Assembly: GCA_950097015.1 (NCBI GenBank)
Contig: CATNEN010000002.1
Coordinates: forward strand, 6,200,001 to 6,264,000
DNA: 64,000 bases
Origin: Macrostomum hystrix
Taxonomy: Eukaryota; Animalia; Platyhelminthes
Direction of reading: 5' to 3'
The position numbers were made by a program, and so were the translations under genes. Position 1 is the first letter of the stretch. Every line of letters begins with the position of its first letter. Positions 34,132-47,284 of the stretch are shown piece after piece. A model generated the notes under the pieces. That model did not search any database and had not been told where the DNA came from. It saw only the letters and a program-made list of their open reading frames with translations.

Positions 34132-36272
34132 AAAATCATCTTCCGCCCAGTGATGCCCTCTATGGCGCATCTCAGCTGCGCTGAAACAGAAGGCGAGCAT
34201 CGATCTCTATGAAAGACACTAGAATTGTGCCCCACGAGTCGCTGACAGTTAATGGACCCCATGCAATAACAATGTACATATACACTCAAGGTCTGTCTAC
34301 TCTACGCTACTTTTACTGATTTTTATTTATTTTATTGTTCGTCACATTGCAAATGTCTTCTTTGTACTGCTGATATCAATCAGCCAAATAAGTTAATTTA
34401 TTAATCAAGCAGGCGATTTTAAACTGTAATAATGAGTTAGATTTCTTAACAAAAAGCCTTTTTGGGTAATTTAGAGGTAGAGTATGTTTGATTGTTTACC
34501 TAAAAATACTCACATTTGTTTTGTTGAAAGCCTAATAATTTCTTGCACTTTTTAAAGAGGCGATGAAATATAATTTTTATTAGGAGATATAAATAGTAAC
34601 ATACTTTAGACGTAATCGCAAAATCGACAGTGTGACCTGCCTCAGTCGCAGGTCACATTGTTCCTTTTTAACATAAAAGGAAGGATTCTAGATCCAAGAA
34701 TTTGTGAAACATTGCATGAATTTCATTGGTAGAGATATCAGGCTCTGTATCATATTCGATAAAATGTCCTCTTATAGTGTTTTATTTTTATATTAGGCCT
34801 AGTTTAGTTTGAGTAGTTCATTAGTCAATAGAAGTGTGGCTGGCTAGTGTGCTTTAGTTTTCTACATTCATCTTAATGCGAACATTAGAGTGATAAGACA
34901 TATAAAACAAGCATGCTTTTTAATCAATTTGCTATTTCAACAAAAAAGCTTATTATGAAATTTAAATTATGCTAGATGCCTAGACCCACTTAAATTCAAC
35001 TTATTAATAAATAATAAAAAAAATTTTTGCCTAGCTTGGAGCTAACTTCCCAGCCAGGTTTTTGTGCGAATTGGGTACAACTTGCACCCCAAAATCCTGC
35101 TTTGCAACTATTTTTTGGGAATCAGATGCAAATCTAACTTTTTCTGAAGTGAGATACAAATGCATTTATAGGAATACTTTGAAGTAACTTATCTGTTCCT
35201 TATTGAGTTCTTAAATTAATCAATATACTTATTTAGCATTCTTAAAATATAAGTTATTGGAATTATTTTCACTAACAAATCAAACACAATTCAAATTAGG
35301 GCCTAGCAGGCTGCAGCACAGATTTCCTAGAAATATTCAGATAAAACATCTGCCTTAAGCCCTGGAGTTTCATTAAAATATACATTTTTGGTGTTAAAAC
35401 CTATATTAGGTGTAGATGCAATCTGCACCCAGACTTTTAAATTTGCTCCTAGATTTTAGGATTAAGTTACAAGCTTGCATCTACTTTTTTTTAACAAAAA
35501 CCATGTTCTAAGCTAGCTAGAAAGTTTTATAGAAAAGCTGTGCCTTCTAATTCTTAGGTTTATTTTGCTCCATGATTATACATATTATATAATATTGTCT
35601 TGAAAGTTAAATTCAAGGCCACCATTCACCATTTGAAATGAGGTTTGTCTAGATTGCTGAATCAATGCAAAAACTCTTCTCTTCTCATACTGAGTATGAT
35701 TTGTTAGTTTAGGGAGTCAGATAATTTTATCTGGAAATAAAAGCAAGACATATAGCAAGTGTCTGCAGACTTAAGCTAAAGGCTGATAGTGATCATACAT
35801 GCGCAACCTCCCAAATCTTAGCCGGCTGTGCGACTTAGTTTTTGCTCTTATTTGCGACTTAGTTCGTTTCATTGCTCTATTTACAACTTAGTTTGCTCTA
35901 ATTTGCTCTCTTTTTCTCTCCCCCTTTTCCTTTTCTTTACGCCTTCCTTTTTTGTCCCTTGGTCCCCCCTTTGATTTTTTTGTGCTTGGTCGATTGGTTT
36001 TTGCGACCTACCTTGCTTGGCCCTCGTTTCACCCGGCTGGGTGTTGCGCACTTATGATAGTGATTCCCAAGAAAACCAGATTAGAGTGTTTTTTATCCCA
36101 AAACCAATATATAATATGTACAATTTCTGAATTTTTTATCTATGACCAGATATAATAAAATAATAAGAATGCTTTACATGTGAATAGAATATATTTTACA
36201 AAACTGTGATAGTGTAGCTCTCTTTAAAATTAGCAAAAGAGCAAACGTCAAGACAAACATTTATTATTTAAA

Positions 36273-36313
36273 CTGCCGACGTGTTTCGTCCAAAGCGGAC
36301 ATCTTCAGGGCAA
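36273..36313 (-). ncRNA. Minimal type I hammerhead ribozyme (minus-strand copy)
   Basis: Reverse complement reads TTTGCC-CTGAAGA-T-GTCC-GCTTT-GGAC-GAAA-CACGTC-GGCAG. Confidence 0.65.
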
Positions 36314-36974
36314 ACGAACCATAAAAACACACTACCGAAAATGTATTTAAATTAAATCGAAAAATATTGAGCGAACAAATAAACAGAGGGAACGAAAAAG
36401 CATGCTGTAAACTTTTGAACGACCAATCAGTGAAGAGGGAGCAACCACCTCACCACCGAGTACATCAAGATCAAAAAATTCTGAGTTGTTGCTCCATACC
36501 TTTACTCACAAGCTGAATGTTTAAGCTGCTCCATACCTGTGAGTAAAGGTATGGAGCAACAACTCAGAATGTACGTACGTACATTAGGAAGTACAATCCT
36601 AGCTTAAACATTCAGCTTGTGAGTAAAGGTATGGAGCAACAACTCAGAATGTACGTACATACATTAGGAAGTACAATCCTAGCTTAAACATTCAGCTTGT
36701 GAGTAAAGGTATGGAGCAACAACTCAGAATGTACGTACATACATTAGGAAGTACAATCCTAGCTTAAACATTCAGCTTGTGAGTAAAGGTATGGAGCAAC
36801 AACTCAGAATTTTTTGATCTCGATGTACTCGGTGGTGAGGTGGTTGCTCCCTCTTCACTGATTGGTCGTTCAAAAGTTTACAGCATGCTTTTTCGTTCCC
36901 TCTGTTTATTTGTTCGCTCAATAGTTTTCGATTTAATTTAAATACATTTTCGGTTGTGTGTTTTTATGGTTCGT

Positions 36975-37015
36975 TTGCCCTGAAGATGTCCGCTTTGGAC
37001 GAAACGCGTCGGCAG
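36975..37015 (+). ncRNA. Minimal type I hammerhead ribozyme
   Basis: Core CUGAAGA...GAAA; stem II GUCC/GGAC; palindromic stem III ACGCGU; GUC cleavage triplet ending at 37010; stem I UUGCC/GGCAG. Confidence 0.75.
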
Positions 37016-37727
37016 TTTAAATAATAAATGTTTGACTTGACGTTTGCTCTTTTGCTAATATTTTACAAAAAAAAATTGTAGTAAGGCTGCTGGCAATAGC
37101 AAATCATTTTGTAACACTAGACCTGCAGCCAGAGCCAGCAAGAAAGCAATTCTGCTCATTTTGCTGAATCCTGAGCACACATGCACAAAGATGCTGTATG
37201 CAGACACAAGTGAAAGTACATCTGCCATGACTTCCTCATTGGCAGGCAGTGTACGTTTCACTGTACCTTGGAGGTTGGCCCTTAGGGATGTAAATTGTGT
37301 GACAACCTCTCAAGCCTTCTCTCTATGGCTGTGCCCCAAATGAATGTGGCCTCACTGTGGAATCAAAATTTCTTACCATGGTGCGAGAGGCAAACATGTT
37401 AACAGCTCTGCCACCGACCCCAGATTGGAGTGCTTTTCATTCTAAAAACCAACATATAATATTTACAATTTCTAAAGCTATTAATCAATGATAGATTTTA
37501 CAAAGTAATAAGAGTATGAAAAGAAAAGATTTTACAAAGCTATTTTGCATTGAATTCATTTGTTGACTAATATACTGTAGACAGTTTTATCTAGCCATAA
37601 TTATTAGCACAATGATTGATTGTGTAATTCCTTGCAGAACAAGCACTAGGTAATTGGACAGCGCCAGTTACTGTGGCTTTTGGTGGCCAAAAACTCGTGT
37701 TAAACTGAAGATTTGCAAGTAGGTAAA

Positions 37728-40700
37728 ATGGCAGCATCAGTGGCAGCATCCGCAGCGGGTGCTTCCACACCAGCAGGCGATGTTGCAGGCGGCACCATTG
37801 TGGTGGCTCGCTACGCCTACAAAGCTGTGGAGGATTCCGAGCTGACGGTGAAAAAGTCCGAACGCCTGCTGCTGCTGGATGACAGTCAGCACTGGTGGCG
37901 GGTGCAGAACGCCTCGGGCCAGGAGGGCTACGTCCCTAGCAACTACATGAAGCGAGCCAAGCAGGGCCTGTTCAGCTCGCTGAAAAGCTCCCTTTCTAAA
38001 AAAAAGAAAAAGCAGCAGAGGGAGGATGCGCCTGTTAGTGCTGCTGACAAGCGACCGGTGGCTTCTCCTGAGATTCCGAACGAGGCTGCTCAACCCGCTG
38101 CGGTGCCTCATTTTTCAACACAGTTAAATCTTGACCGACCCGAATCTGCCGGAGCTACGGCTGCACCACTGCAACAGCAGCAGCAGCCGCTGCGCATTGC
38201 AGTTGCTCGCTTCGCTTACGCGGCTACTCAAGAGGACGAGCTGACGCTGGCTAAAGGGGATCAAATAGCTGTCCTAGAGGAGAGCTCAGATGGCTGGTGG
38301 CGCGGTCGGCTTGTACTGCCTGACGGCGTGTCGGGTATGGCAACCAAGCCTATTTTTATGCATATCTACCTGTGTGCTTGTGTGCTCAAATCAGTTCTTA
38401 CAAATGCTCAAATCAATCTGTTAGTACTCACAGATGCTCAAATCAATCCGCCAGTTCTCACAGGTGCTCAAATCAATCTGTCAGTTCTCACAGATGCTCC
38501 AATCAATTTGTCAGTTCTCACAGATGCTCCAATCAATCTTTCAGTTCTCACAGATGCTCAAATCAATCTGTCAGTTCTCACAGATGCTCCAATCAATCTG
38601 TCAGTTCTCACAGATGCTCAAATCAATCTGTCAGTTCTCACAGATGCTCAAATCAATCTGTCAGTTCTCACAGGTGCTCCAATCAATCTGTCAGTTCTCA
38701 CAGATGCTCCAATCAATCTGTCAGTTCTCACAGATGCTCAAATCAATCTGTCAGTTCTCACAGATGCTCCAATCAATCTTTCAGTTCTCACAGATGCTCA
38801 AATCAATCTGTCAGTTCTCACAGATGCTCCAATCAATCTGTCAGTTCTCACAGATGCTCCAATCAATCTGTCAGTTCTCACAGATGCTCTAATCAATCTG
38901 TCAGTTCTCACAGATGCTCAAATCAATCTGTCAGTTCTCACAGATGCTCCAATCAATCTGTCAGTTCTCACAGATGCTCCAATCAATCTGTCAGTTCTCA
39001 CAGATGCTCCAATCAATCTGTCAGTTCTCACAGATGCTCAAATGAATCTGTCATTTCTCACAGATGCTCCGATCAATCTGTCGATCTGTCTGTCTCATAG
39101 ACCCTCAAATAGAGTTACCCAAATCATGATTGGACATGTGATCCAGAATCCCATATTTTTAAATCCCTCAGGCGGAGGCAGCGGCTGGTTTCCCTCCAAC
39201 TACGTGACGGGCAACTTCAACGCTGACGGCGAAAGCAACGGTGAGGACGAGGTTGGCTTGGTTGCATCGGCGGCTGCAGCAGACAAGCCCGCAGCGGCGC
39301 CTCAGTCGCAGGTCACACTGTTCCGGGTCCGGGCACTCTACAAATTTGCAGCCAGCCATTCTGAGGAGATGGACTTTGCCGAGAATGAAACTCTATCGGT
39401 GAGACCTGTTTTGATTGGATGACCTGGGAGAGGGTAATGACAGTGTACTGAATGACCTGGGAGAGGGTAATGACAGTGTACTGAATGACCTGGGAGAGGG
39501 TAATGACAGTGTACTGAATGACCTGGGAGAGGGTAATGACAGTGTACTGAATAACCTGGGAGAGGGTAATGACAGTGTACTGAATGACCTGGGAGAGGGT
39601 AATGACAGTGTACTGAATGACATGGGAGAGGGTAATGACAGTGTACTGAATTACCTTGGAGAGGGTAATGACAGTGTACTGAATTACCTTGGAGAGGGTA
39701 ATGACAGTGTACTGAATGACCTGGGAGAGGGTAATGACAGTGTACTGAATGACCTGGGAGAGGGTAATGACAGTGTACTGAATGACCTGGGAGAGGGTAA
39801 TGACAGTGTACTGAATGACATGGGAGAGGGTAATGACAGTGTACTGAATTACCTTGGAGAGGGTAATGACAGTGTACTGAATTACCTTGGAGAGGGTAAT
39901 GACAGTGTACTGAATGACCTGGGAGAGGGTAATGACAGTGTACTGAATGACCTGGGAGAGGGTAATGACAGTGTACTGAATTACCTGGGAGAGGGTAATG
40001 ACAGTGTACTGAATGACCTGGGAGAGGGTAATGACAGTGTACTGAATTACCTGGGAGATGGTAATGACAGCCCTGGTGGGTAGTGGCGCAACAGCAGGAA
40101 TTCCAGGCCGTGCTGAGTTGAGCATTTTCTCTGAATCCTTCGCCGTCAGATTCTGGGCACGCCAGCCGACGATCCCGAATGGTGGCTGGCGCGCAACTCG
40201 CGCGGCCAGCAGGGCCTGGTGCCCAGGAACTATGTCAGCCCGCTGCCGCCTGAGGATGGCCACAATGGGACCGGAGGCGCTAATCCTAGGCTTGCCTTTG
40301 TGGCTGGCGATAGCCTGGCTGACCGGGGATTCTACTGGGGCCGCATCGGGCGAAATGAGGCCGACAGAATGCTGATGCAGATGGCTTCGCCTGGCGAGTT
40401 CATTGTGCGAGCTGGCGAGTCAAATGTGAGTTCATCCCATCCTGCCTGCCTTCCCTGATCCCCAACTGTCTGATCCCATCCTGCCTGCCTTCCCTGATCC
40501 CCAACTGTCTGATCCCATCCTGCCTGACTTCCCCGATCCCCAACTGTCTCATCCCATCCTGTCTGCCTTCCCTGATCCCCAACTGTCTGATCCCATCCTG
40601 TCTGCCTTCCATGATCCCCAACTGTCTCATCCCATCCTGTCTGCCTTCCCTGATCCCCAACTGTCTCATCCCATCCTGCCTGCCTTCCCTGATCCCCAAC

Positions 40701-41556
40701 TATCTCATCCCATCCTGTCTGCCTTCCCTGATCCCCAACTGTCTGATCCCATCCTGTCTGCCTTCCCTGATCCCCAACTGTCTCATCCCATCCTGCCTGC
40801 CTTCCCTGATCCCCAACTATCTCATCCCATCCTGTCTGCCTTCCCTGATCCCCAACTGTCTGGTCCCATCCTGCATGTCTTTCCTAATCCCCAACTGTCT
40901 GGTCCTATCCTGCCTGATCCTATGCCTGATCCTATGCCTGATCCTATGCCTGATCCTATGCCTGATCCTATGCCTGATTCTATCCTGCCTGCGTTGCCTG
41001 ATCCTATCCTGCCTGCCTTGCCTGATCCTATCCTGCCTGCCTTGCCTGATCCTATCCTGCCTGCCTTGCCTGATCCTATCCTGCCTGCCTTGCCTGATCC
41101 TAGCCTGATCCTGCCTTGCCTGATCCTATCCTGCACCTGTCTTTCCTGATCCTTGCTGTTTGATCCCATCCTGCCTGTCTTTCCTGATCCCCAACTGTCT
41201 GGTCCCATCCTGCCTGCCTTGCCGGATCCCCAACTGTCTGGTCCCATCCTGCCTGCCTTGCCTGATCCCCAACTGTCTGGTCCCATCCTGCCTGCCTTGC
41301 CTGATCCTATCCTGCCTGCCCGCAGCCTGAGGACCTGACCCTCACAATGCGGGCCAAGGCCAAGAACCGGAACTTCAAAATTCGTCGGGTCTCCGACGCG
41401 AACGGGCTGCGGTACAACATCGGGCAGAAGTACTTCTCGGACCTGGAGGACCTCATTCGGCACTACCGTGAGCACCCCATCTACAAGTCCGAGGACGAGC
41501 GCTGCTTCCTCATCGGTCCCTTCCAGCATCCCAGTGTGGCCGGGACTAAACTTTGA
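37728..41556 (+). CDS. NCK: Nck/Dock cytoplasmic adaptor (SH3-SH3-SH3-SH2), 446 aa
   Basis: join(37728-38334,39172-39398,40150-40425,41326-41556), in phase. SH3-1 LLLLDDSQHWWRVQN..GYVPSNY; SH3-2 EESSDGWWRG..GWFPSNYV; SH3-3 DDPEWWLARN..GLVPRNYV; SH2 FYWGRIGR..GEFIVRAGES..KNRNFKI..LIRHY. Confidence 0.95.
38380..39090. repeat. Nck intron 1 minisatellite, 30-bp unit
   Basis: CAGATGCTCCAATCAATCTGTCAGTTCTCA tandem array. Confidence 0.95.
39415..40070. repeat. Nck intron 2 minisatellite, 33-bp unit
   Basis: GACCTGGGAGAGGGTAATGACAGTGTACTGAAT tandem array. Confidence 0.95.
40435..41320. repeat. Nck intron 3 compound minisatellite (39-, 12- and 24-bp related units)
   Basis: CCCAACTGTCTGATCCCATCCTGCCTGCCTTCCCTGATC and derivatives. 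Confidence 0.95.
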
Positions 41557-42939
41557 GGCCCTAATTTTTAGTTGTTTCCCGTTTAACTATAGAATGTGCT
41601 TCCAAAGTTCACAGCTGACCCGTTCATTCGTCTGACATCGCCACCGATCACAACGAAACAAGCTGCAAATTGCGTATGACCAACTAAAACACCTAGGTGT
41701 CCTAATTACCAATTTTGAAATTATGACCAATTGAAACACCTGTTGTTTTAAATCACAGATTTATGTAATTATGACCAATTGAAACACCTAGATAGTCTAA
41801 TGACCAATTCTGTAATTATGACCAACTGAAGCAACCGTGGTTGTCAATCACAGATTTTGAAATTATGACCAACTAAGGCACATAATGTCCTAATGACCAA
41901 TTCTGTACTTATGACCAACTGGAACACCTCAAGGTGGTTGATAGCCAATATTGTGTTTACGACCAAGCGAAAGACGCACGTGTTTTCTAAAGACTTTTTT
42001 GTAGCTATGACCAACAGAGTCACCCAATGACTATGAAACAAACAAACACCAGAACTTCCTGATTCAGTTGCAAATGTTGGTTAGCAATTGTGATAAAAAT
42101 TTATCGAACTGTACACTAATCCCCCAATCCCCCGCACTCAGTGTTTTGTTTGCTGTATTTTTCTGCAAACGTTTTCTATTGTATTGCTAATTGCCGTGCG
42201 AAATAATCTTGTATTATTACAATTTGATTTATCTTGAATCGCTGAATTTGACAGTTAGATTTCTTGTTGCCATGGAACCCGTCTAGATTCAAACTGATTA
42301 TTTCAAGCACATTGGCTGTGTCCGCAGGTCGGAGTGAAGTAGTATTCGGCAGTACTACTGCTGAGAAGCTGCGGGATAAGTAGTATGAATGTTTCACTGA
42401 GTTCACTTTGTACACAAATTCACTAGTTAATAACTTTCTGAGTTGCCTAAGAACCATTTTATGAAAATCTTTCCACGCGTACCACTGCTGAGACCCGAGT
42501 TCATTACCTTCGCTACTGGCTGACACTACTGGTCAGCCAGTAGTCACTGGCGGCTGTTGCGACTCTTTTTTCTCGTTCTATTTTTTACTCTCGTTAGCAG
42601 CCATTTTTATGTGTTTTCATGTCGTGAGCGAGTGAGAATCGAAATAACTCTACAGCACACCTTCCCGCTGCCTGGATGTTTTCTCGCTGTTGTTATTATA
42701 AAAACAGTTATATTTTTCAGTAAAATACAGTTATTTTAAATACTTTCGGTCAGCTTGTTTCATTATATGCTAGAATGCATATGTGAATAAAATCTAATAT
42801 TTGCTTGGCCGACTATTTCTAAACCTTGCTGTGTCACTGTTTTTCCACGAAACTGTTTTTTAATCTGGAGTCACATTGCTCACTAGTTAAAAGAACCTAT
42901 AACTTATTTATACTACTGCACCTCACATCCCGATTCCAT

Positions 42940-44190
42940 TCAAATTTTCCCCACATCTTGATCCCATTCATTTTCCCCCACATCCCCAAATCCCAAACCC
43001 GCATCTCCACATCCCAACCCCGCATCCCCACATCCCAACCCCACATCCCCACATTCTCAATTCCCACATCTCGATCTCATTCCGAATTCCCCACATCCTG
43101 ATCCCATAACCAATCTCCCACATCACGATCCCATACCCAATCCTACACATCCCGATCCCATTCCCAATCCTCCACATCCCGATCCCATTCCCAACCCCCC
43201 ACATCCCGATCCCATACCCAATCCTACACATCCCGATCCCATTCCCAATCCCCCACATCCCGATCCCATTCCCAATCCTATACCCAATCCCCCACATCCC
43301 AATCCTACACATCCCGATCCCATTCCCGATCCCCCACATTCCGATCCCATACCCAATCCTACACATCCCGATCCCATTCCCAATCCCCCACATCCCGATC
43401 CCATTCCCAATCCTATACCCAATCCCCCACATCCCAATCCTACACATCCCGATCCCATTCCCGATCCCCCACATTCCGATCCCATACCCAATCCTACACA
43501 TCCCGATCCCATACCCAATCCTAAACATTCCGATCCCATTCCCAATCCCACACATCCCGATCCCATACCCAATCCTACACATCCCGATCCCGTACCCAAT
43601 CCCCCACATCCCGATCCCATTCCCAATCCCACACTTCCCGATCCCGTACCCAATCCCCCACATCCCAATCCCATTCCCAATCCCCCACATCCCGATTCCA
43701 TACCCAATCCTACACATCCCGATCCCGTACCCAATCCCCCACATCCCGATCCCATTCCCGATCCCCCACATCCCGATCCCATTCCCAATCCCCCACATCC
43801 CGATCCCATTCCCAATCCCCCACATCCCGATCCCATACCCAATCCTACACATCCCGATCCCATTCCCAATCCCATACCCAATCCCCCACATCCTGATCCC
43901 ATACCCAATCCTACACATCCCGATCCCATACCCAATCCTACACATCCCGATCCCATTCCCAATCCCACACTTCCCGATCCCGTACCCAATCCCCCACATC
44001 CCAATACCATTCCCAATCCCCCACATCCCGATCCCATACTCAATCCCACACATCCCGATCCCATTCCCAATCCCCCACATCCCAATACCATTCCCAATCC
44101 CCCACATCCCGATCCCATACTCAATCCCACACATCCCGATCCCATTCCTAATCCCACACATCCCGATCCCATTCCCAATCGTACACATCC
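42940..44190. repeat. C-rich minisatellite, ~27-bp unit built from CCCNAT hexamers
   Basis: Directly visible; explains the GIGMW and GLGMG ORFs. Confidence 0.95.
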
Positions 44191-44754
44191 TAATCCCAGA
44201 GGGTGTATGGTAATATTGTTATTAACCCCGCCCCGGCAGTGTAATTACCTAATACGCTCAGTTGACTGTTAACGAAAATATCATTGTCCTCCTAGTTGCT
44301 ATGGCAGACTCATTAGAGGCCCTGCCTACAAGGGGGCCTGCAAGCATCTGCTGGGTGACGTATCATCTCCTAATCCTCAAAGTCCTGCTCTGAGCACTCT
44401 ACTCGGACTCATATAAGGCCGGATCTGGCCATGCGTTCTCGTGAGCAGCAGAAGAGTTGCTGCGCTTCATTACACGCTTGTTCGGGACCGTCCCCAGAGC
44501 CGGCCCATCCGTCGTCACCCTCTCCCCTCCGATCCACTTCTGTTCCGGGCCTCTCAATTTGGCGTCATCGAGTGGCAGGCCGGAGATGTCTCAGGCAGTT
44601 TGATTCGCCAGAAATCTTGCCGCGATAACGATGCGACAATATTACTGTTTGACGTGCTCATATAAGAAATATTTTGGGTTCCCTGTAACTAGGGAGCTCC
44701 TGGATTATCGGTGCTGCAGAGGTGGTGGTTGCTTCTGGATGGGGTGTTGGGTGC

Positions 44755-45450
44755 CCATAGGGTGGTGGGTGCTTTTGGGATGGTGGGTGCCCCTGGGGTA
44801 GTGGGTGCCCTTGGGGTGATGGTGCCCTTGGGGTGGTGGGCCCTTAGGGTGGTGGGTGCCCTTGGGATTGTGGGTGCCCTTGGGGTGGTGGTTGCCCTTA
44901 GGGTGGTGGGTGCTCATTGGGTGGTGGGTGCCCATTGGGGTGGTGGGTGCCCTTGGGGTGGTGTGTGCCCTTGGGGTGGTGGGTGCCCTTGGGGTGGTGG
45001 GTGCCCTTGGGGTGGTGTGTGCCCTTGGGGTGGTGGGTGCCCTTGGGGTGGTGGGTGCCCTTGGGGTGGTGGGTGCCCTTGGGGTGGTGGGTGCCCTTGG
45101 GGTGGTGGTTGCCCTTAGGGTGGTGGGTGCTCATTGGGTGGTGGGTGCCCATTGGGGTGGTGGGTGCCTTTGGGGTGGTGGGTCCCCATAGGGTGGTGGG
45201 TGCCCATAGGGTGGTGGGTACCCATAGGGTGGTGGGTGCCCTTAGTGTGGTGGGTGCCCTTGGGGTGGTGTGTGCCCTTGGGGTGGTGGGTGCCCTTGGG
45301 GTGGTGGGTGCCCTTAGTGTGGTGGGTGCCCTTGGGGTGGTGGGTGCCCTTGGGGTGGTGGGTGCCCATAGGGTGGTGGGTGCCCTTGGGGTGGTGTGTG
45401 CCCTTGGGGTGGTGGGTGCCCTTGGGGTGGTGGGTGCCCTTGGCGTGAAG
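44755..45450. repeat. G-rich minisatellite, 18-bp unit (GGGGTGGTGGGTGCCCTT)
   Basis: Directly visible tandem array. Confidence 0.95.
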
Positions 45451-46174
45451 GGTGCTCTTGGTATGGTGGGTGCTGCTGAGATGGTTGGGCGCCCTTGAAG
45501 TGGTGCGTGTGCCGCTGAGTTGGCCATGACAGGGTTTTGCGTGCCCTGTGCCGGCCGCGTCGCTGCAGTATTCAGCTCGTAAAAGGGAAATTTTTTGATA
45601 AGAGTTTTTCTCGCTCGAATCCCGTTAAATTTCAATAAAGTTTATAGTCGATTTCGCCTTTCAAACGGGCTAATTGCTTAACTGCCGTCTTCAAACAATC
45701 GCCTATCCTGTTCTCGGTTCTCACAATGAGCCAAGTCATTTTGAATCCATCGAAGTCACAACGGTCGGCCCTCCAAAATTTCCGGACTAATAAAAAATCA
45801 TTTTTTTCTCGTAAATTCAGTTTTTAAGACTCGACCGCAAAATAAAAATCTGCTCAGCTGCCATCGCCGGATGTGAAGTGAGCTTCTCAGACCGGATTGA
45901 GTAGGGCTCAGGCCCGCCAAGCAGCTTCAGCTCGATCAAGGTCGAGAAAAGAATTCGCGATGCGATTTTCTCTGTTTACACACAGACAGGGCCTCACTAC
46001 CTGCTCAATGCTTGCTTAGCTCAAATTATCCTAATTAGTAGGTGCTTAACTTGGGGAGCTTCTCATGCAGTTTTTATGCTAAATATTATTTATAGCCATT
46101 AGCGACCGTGGTTAGGCGTGATTGTGTTTTGCTGCTGAAATTTTACCCCATCATCAACGATATTCTTGTTGTAT

Positions 46175-46745
46175 AGCTGTCAGGCTTGTCTGTTTATGAC
46201 TGTCAGGCTTGTCTGTTTATGACTGCCAGGCTTGTCTGTTTATGACTGTCAGGCTTGTCTGTTTATGACTGCCAGGCTTGTCTGTTTATGACTGTCAGGC
46301 TTGTCTGTTTATTACTGTCAGGCTTGTCTGTTTATGGCTGTCAGGCTTGTCTTTTTATAACTGTCAGGTTAGTCTGTTTATGACTGTCAGGCTTGTCTGT
46401 TTATGACTGTCATGCTTGTCTGTTTATAGCTGTCAGGCTTATTTGTTTATAGCTGTCAGGCTCGTCTGTTTATGGCTGTCAGGCTTGTCTTTTTATAACT
46501 GTCAGGTTAGTCTGTTTATGACTGTCAGGCTTGTCTGTTTATGACTGTCATGCTTGTCTGTTTATAGCTGTCAGGCTTATTTGTTTATAGCTGTCAGGCT
46601 CGTCTGTTTATAGCTGTCAGGCTCGTCTGTTTATGGCTGTCAGGCTTGTCTGTTTATAGCTGTCAGGCTCGTCTGTTTATGGCTGTCAGGCTTGTCTGTT
46701 TATAGCTGTCAGGCTCGTCTATTTATAACTGTCAGGCTTGTCTTT
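46175..46745. repeat. Minisatellite, 23-bp unit (ACTGTCAGGCTTGTCTGTTTATG)
   Basis: Directly visible tandem array. Confidence 0.95.
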
Positions 46746-47284
46746 TGCATCCCAGAAGTTGCCCAGGTAAATCTGTTTAGCCTGTCACAGATGCCATTAT
46801 ATACTCAGGTCAGATGTGTTTCAGAAACTACCTGCGTGACAAACTCTGCTTCTGACTGGAATCGAGTTGTCCGTTGCCCGTCAGCTCTACTTACTCTGCT
46901 CAGCTCAGACGAGGCTGCTCAGAATGCTAGCTCATGCTCAAGCCATCAGAACAGCGCCCGAGCTGCCTCAGACAATATTAGCTCTGACAGGCACTGCAGG
47001 ACCGTCTCATCGCTGCCCTTCGACATGGGGGGGATTGGCGGCGGAGGGCCAGGGCATAAAAGACCTCCCCCTGCAGCCCTTCATTGGCCCAGCCATCTGC
47101 CAACGCTTCACCTTCCAGCGCTTCTACCCGCCTCCGCTGCTTTGGGGGATAATCATCCCGAATCCCAACTGTCAACAGCAGCTGCGGGAGGGCAAGCAGT
47201 TTTTCCTGATGACCGCGTGTTCGAACATTTGGACGAGTTGAGCACAGCTTCGCGGAAACATTGCGTGAGTATGCAGTTTATTAT

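Larger units (their letters stand above)
36229..37059. mobile_element. Penelope-like retroelement remnant: inverted pair of ~299-bp pseudo-LTR/3' ends with a 3x 80-bp internal repeat
   Basis: Arms 36229-36527 and 36761-37059 are near-perfect reverse complements. The internal 80-bp unit encodes IRKYNPSLNIQLVSKGMEQQLR, ending IF-stop in the last copy, like the P-x-LN-x-Q C-terminal tail of Penelope GIY-YIG ORFs. Each arm carries a hammerhead motif. Confidence 0.8.

Noticed and set aside
42513-42543. 12-bp hairpin CTACTGGCTGAC/GTCAGCCAGTAG
   Set aside because: Short, single, and its loop repeats the arm start; consistent with a local template-switch by-product.
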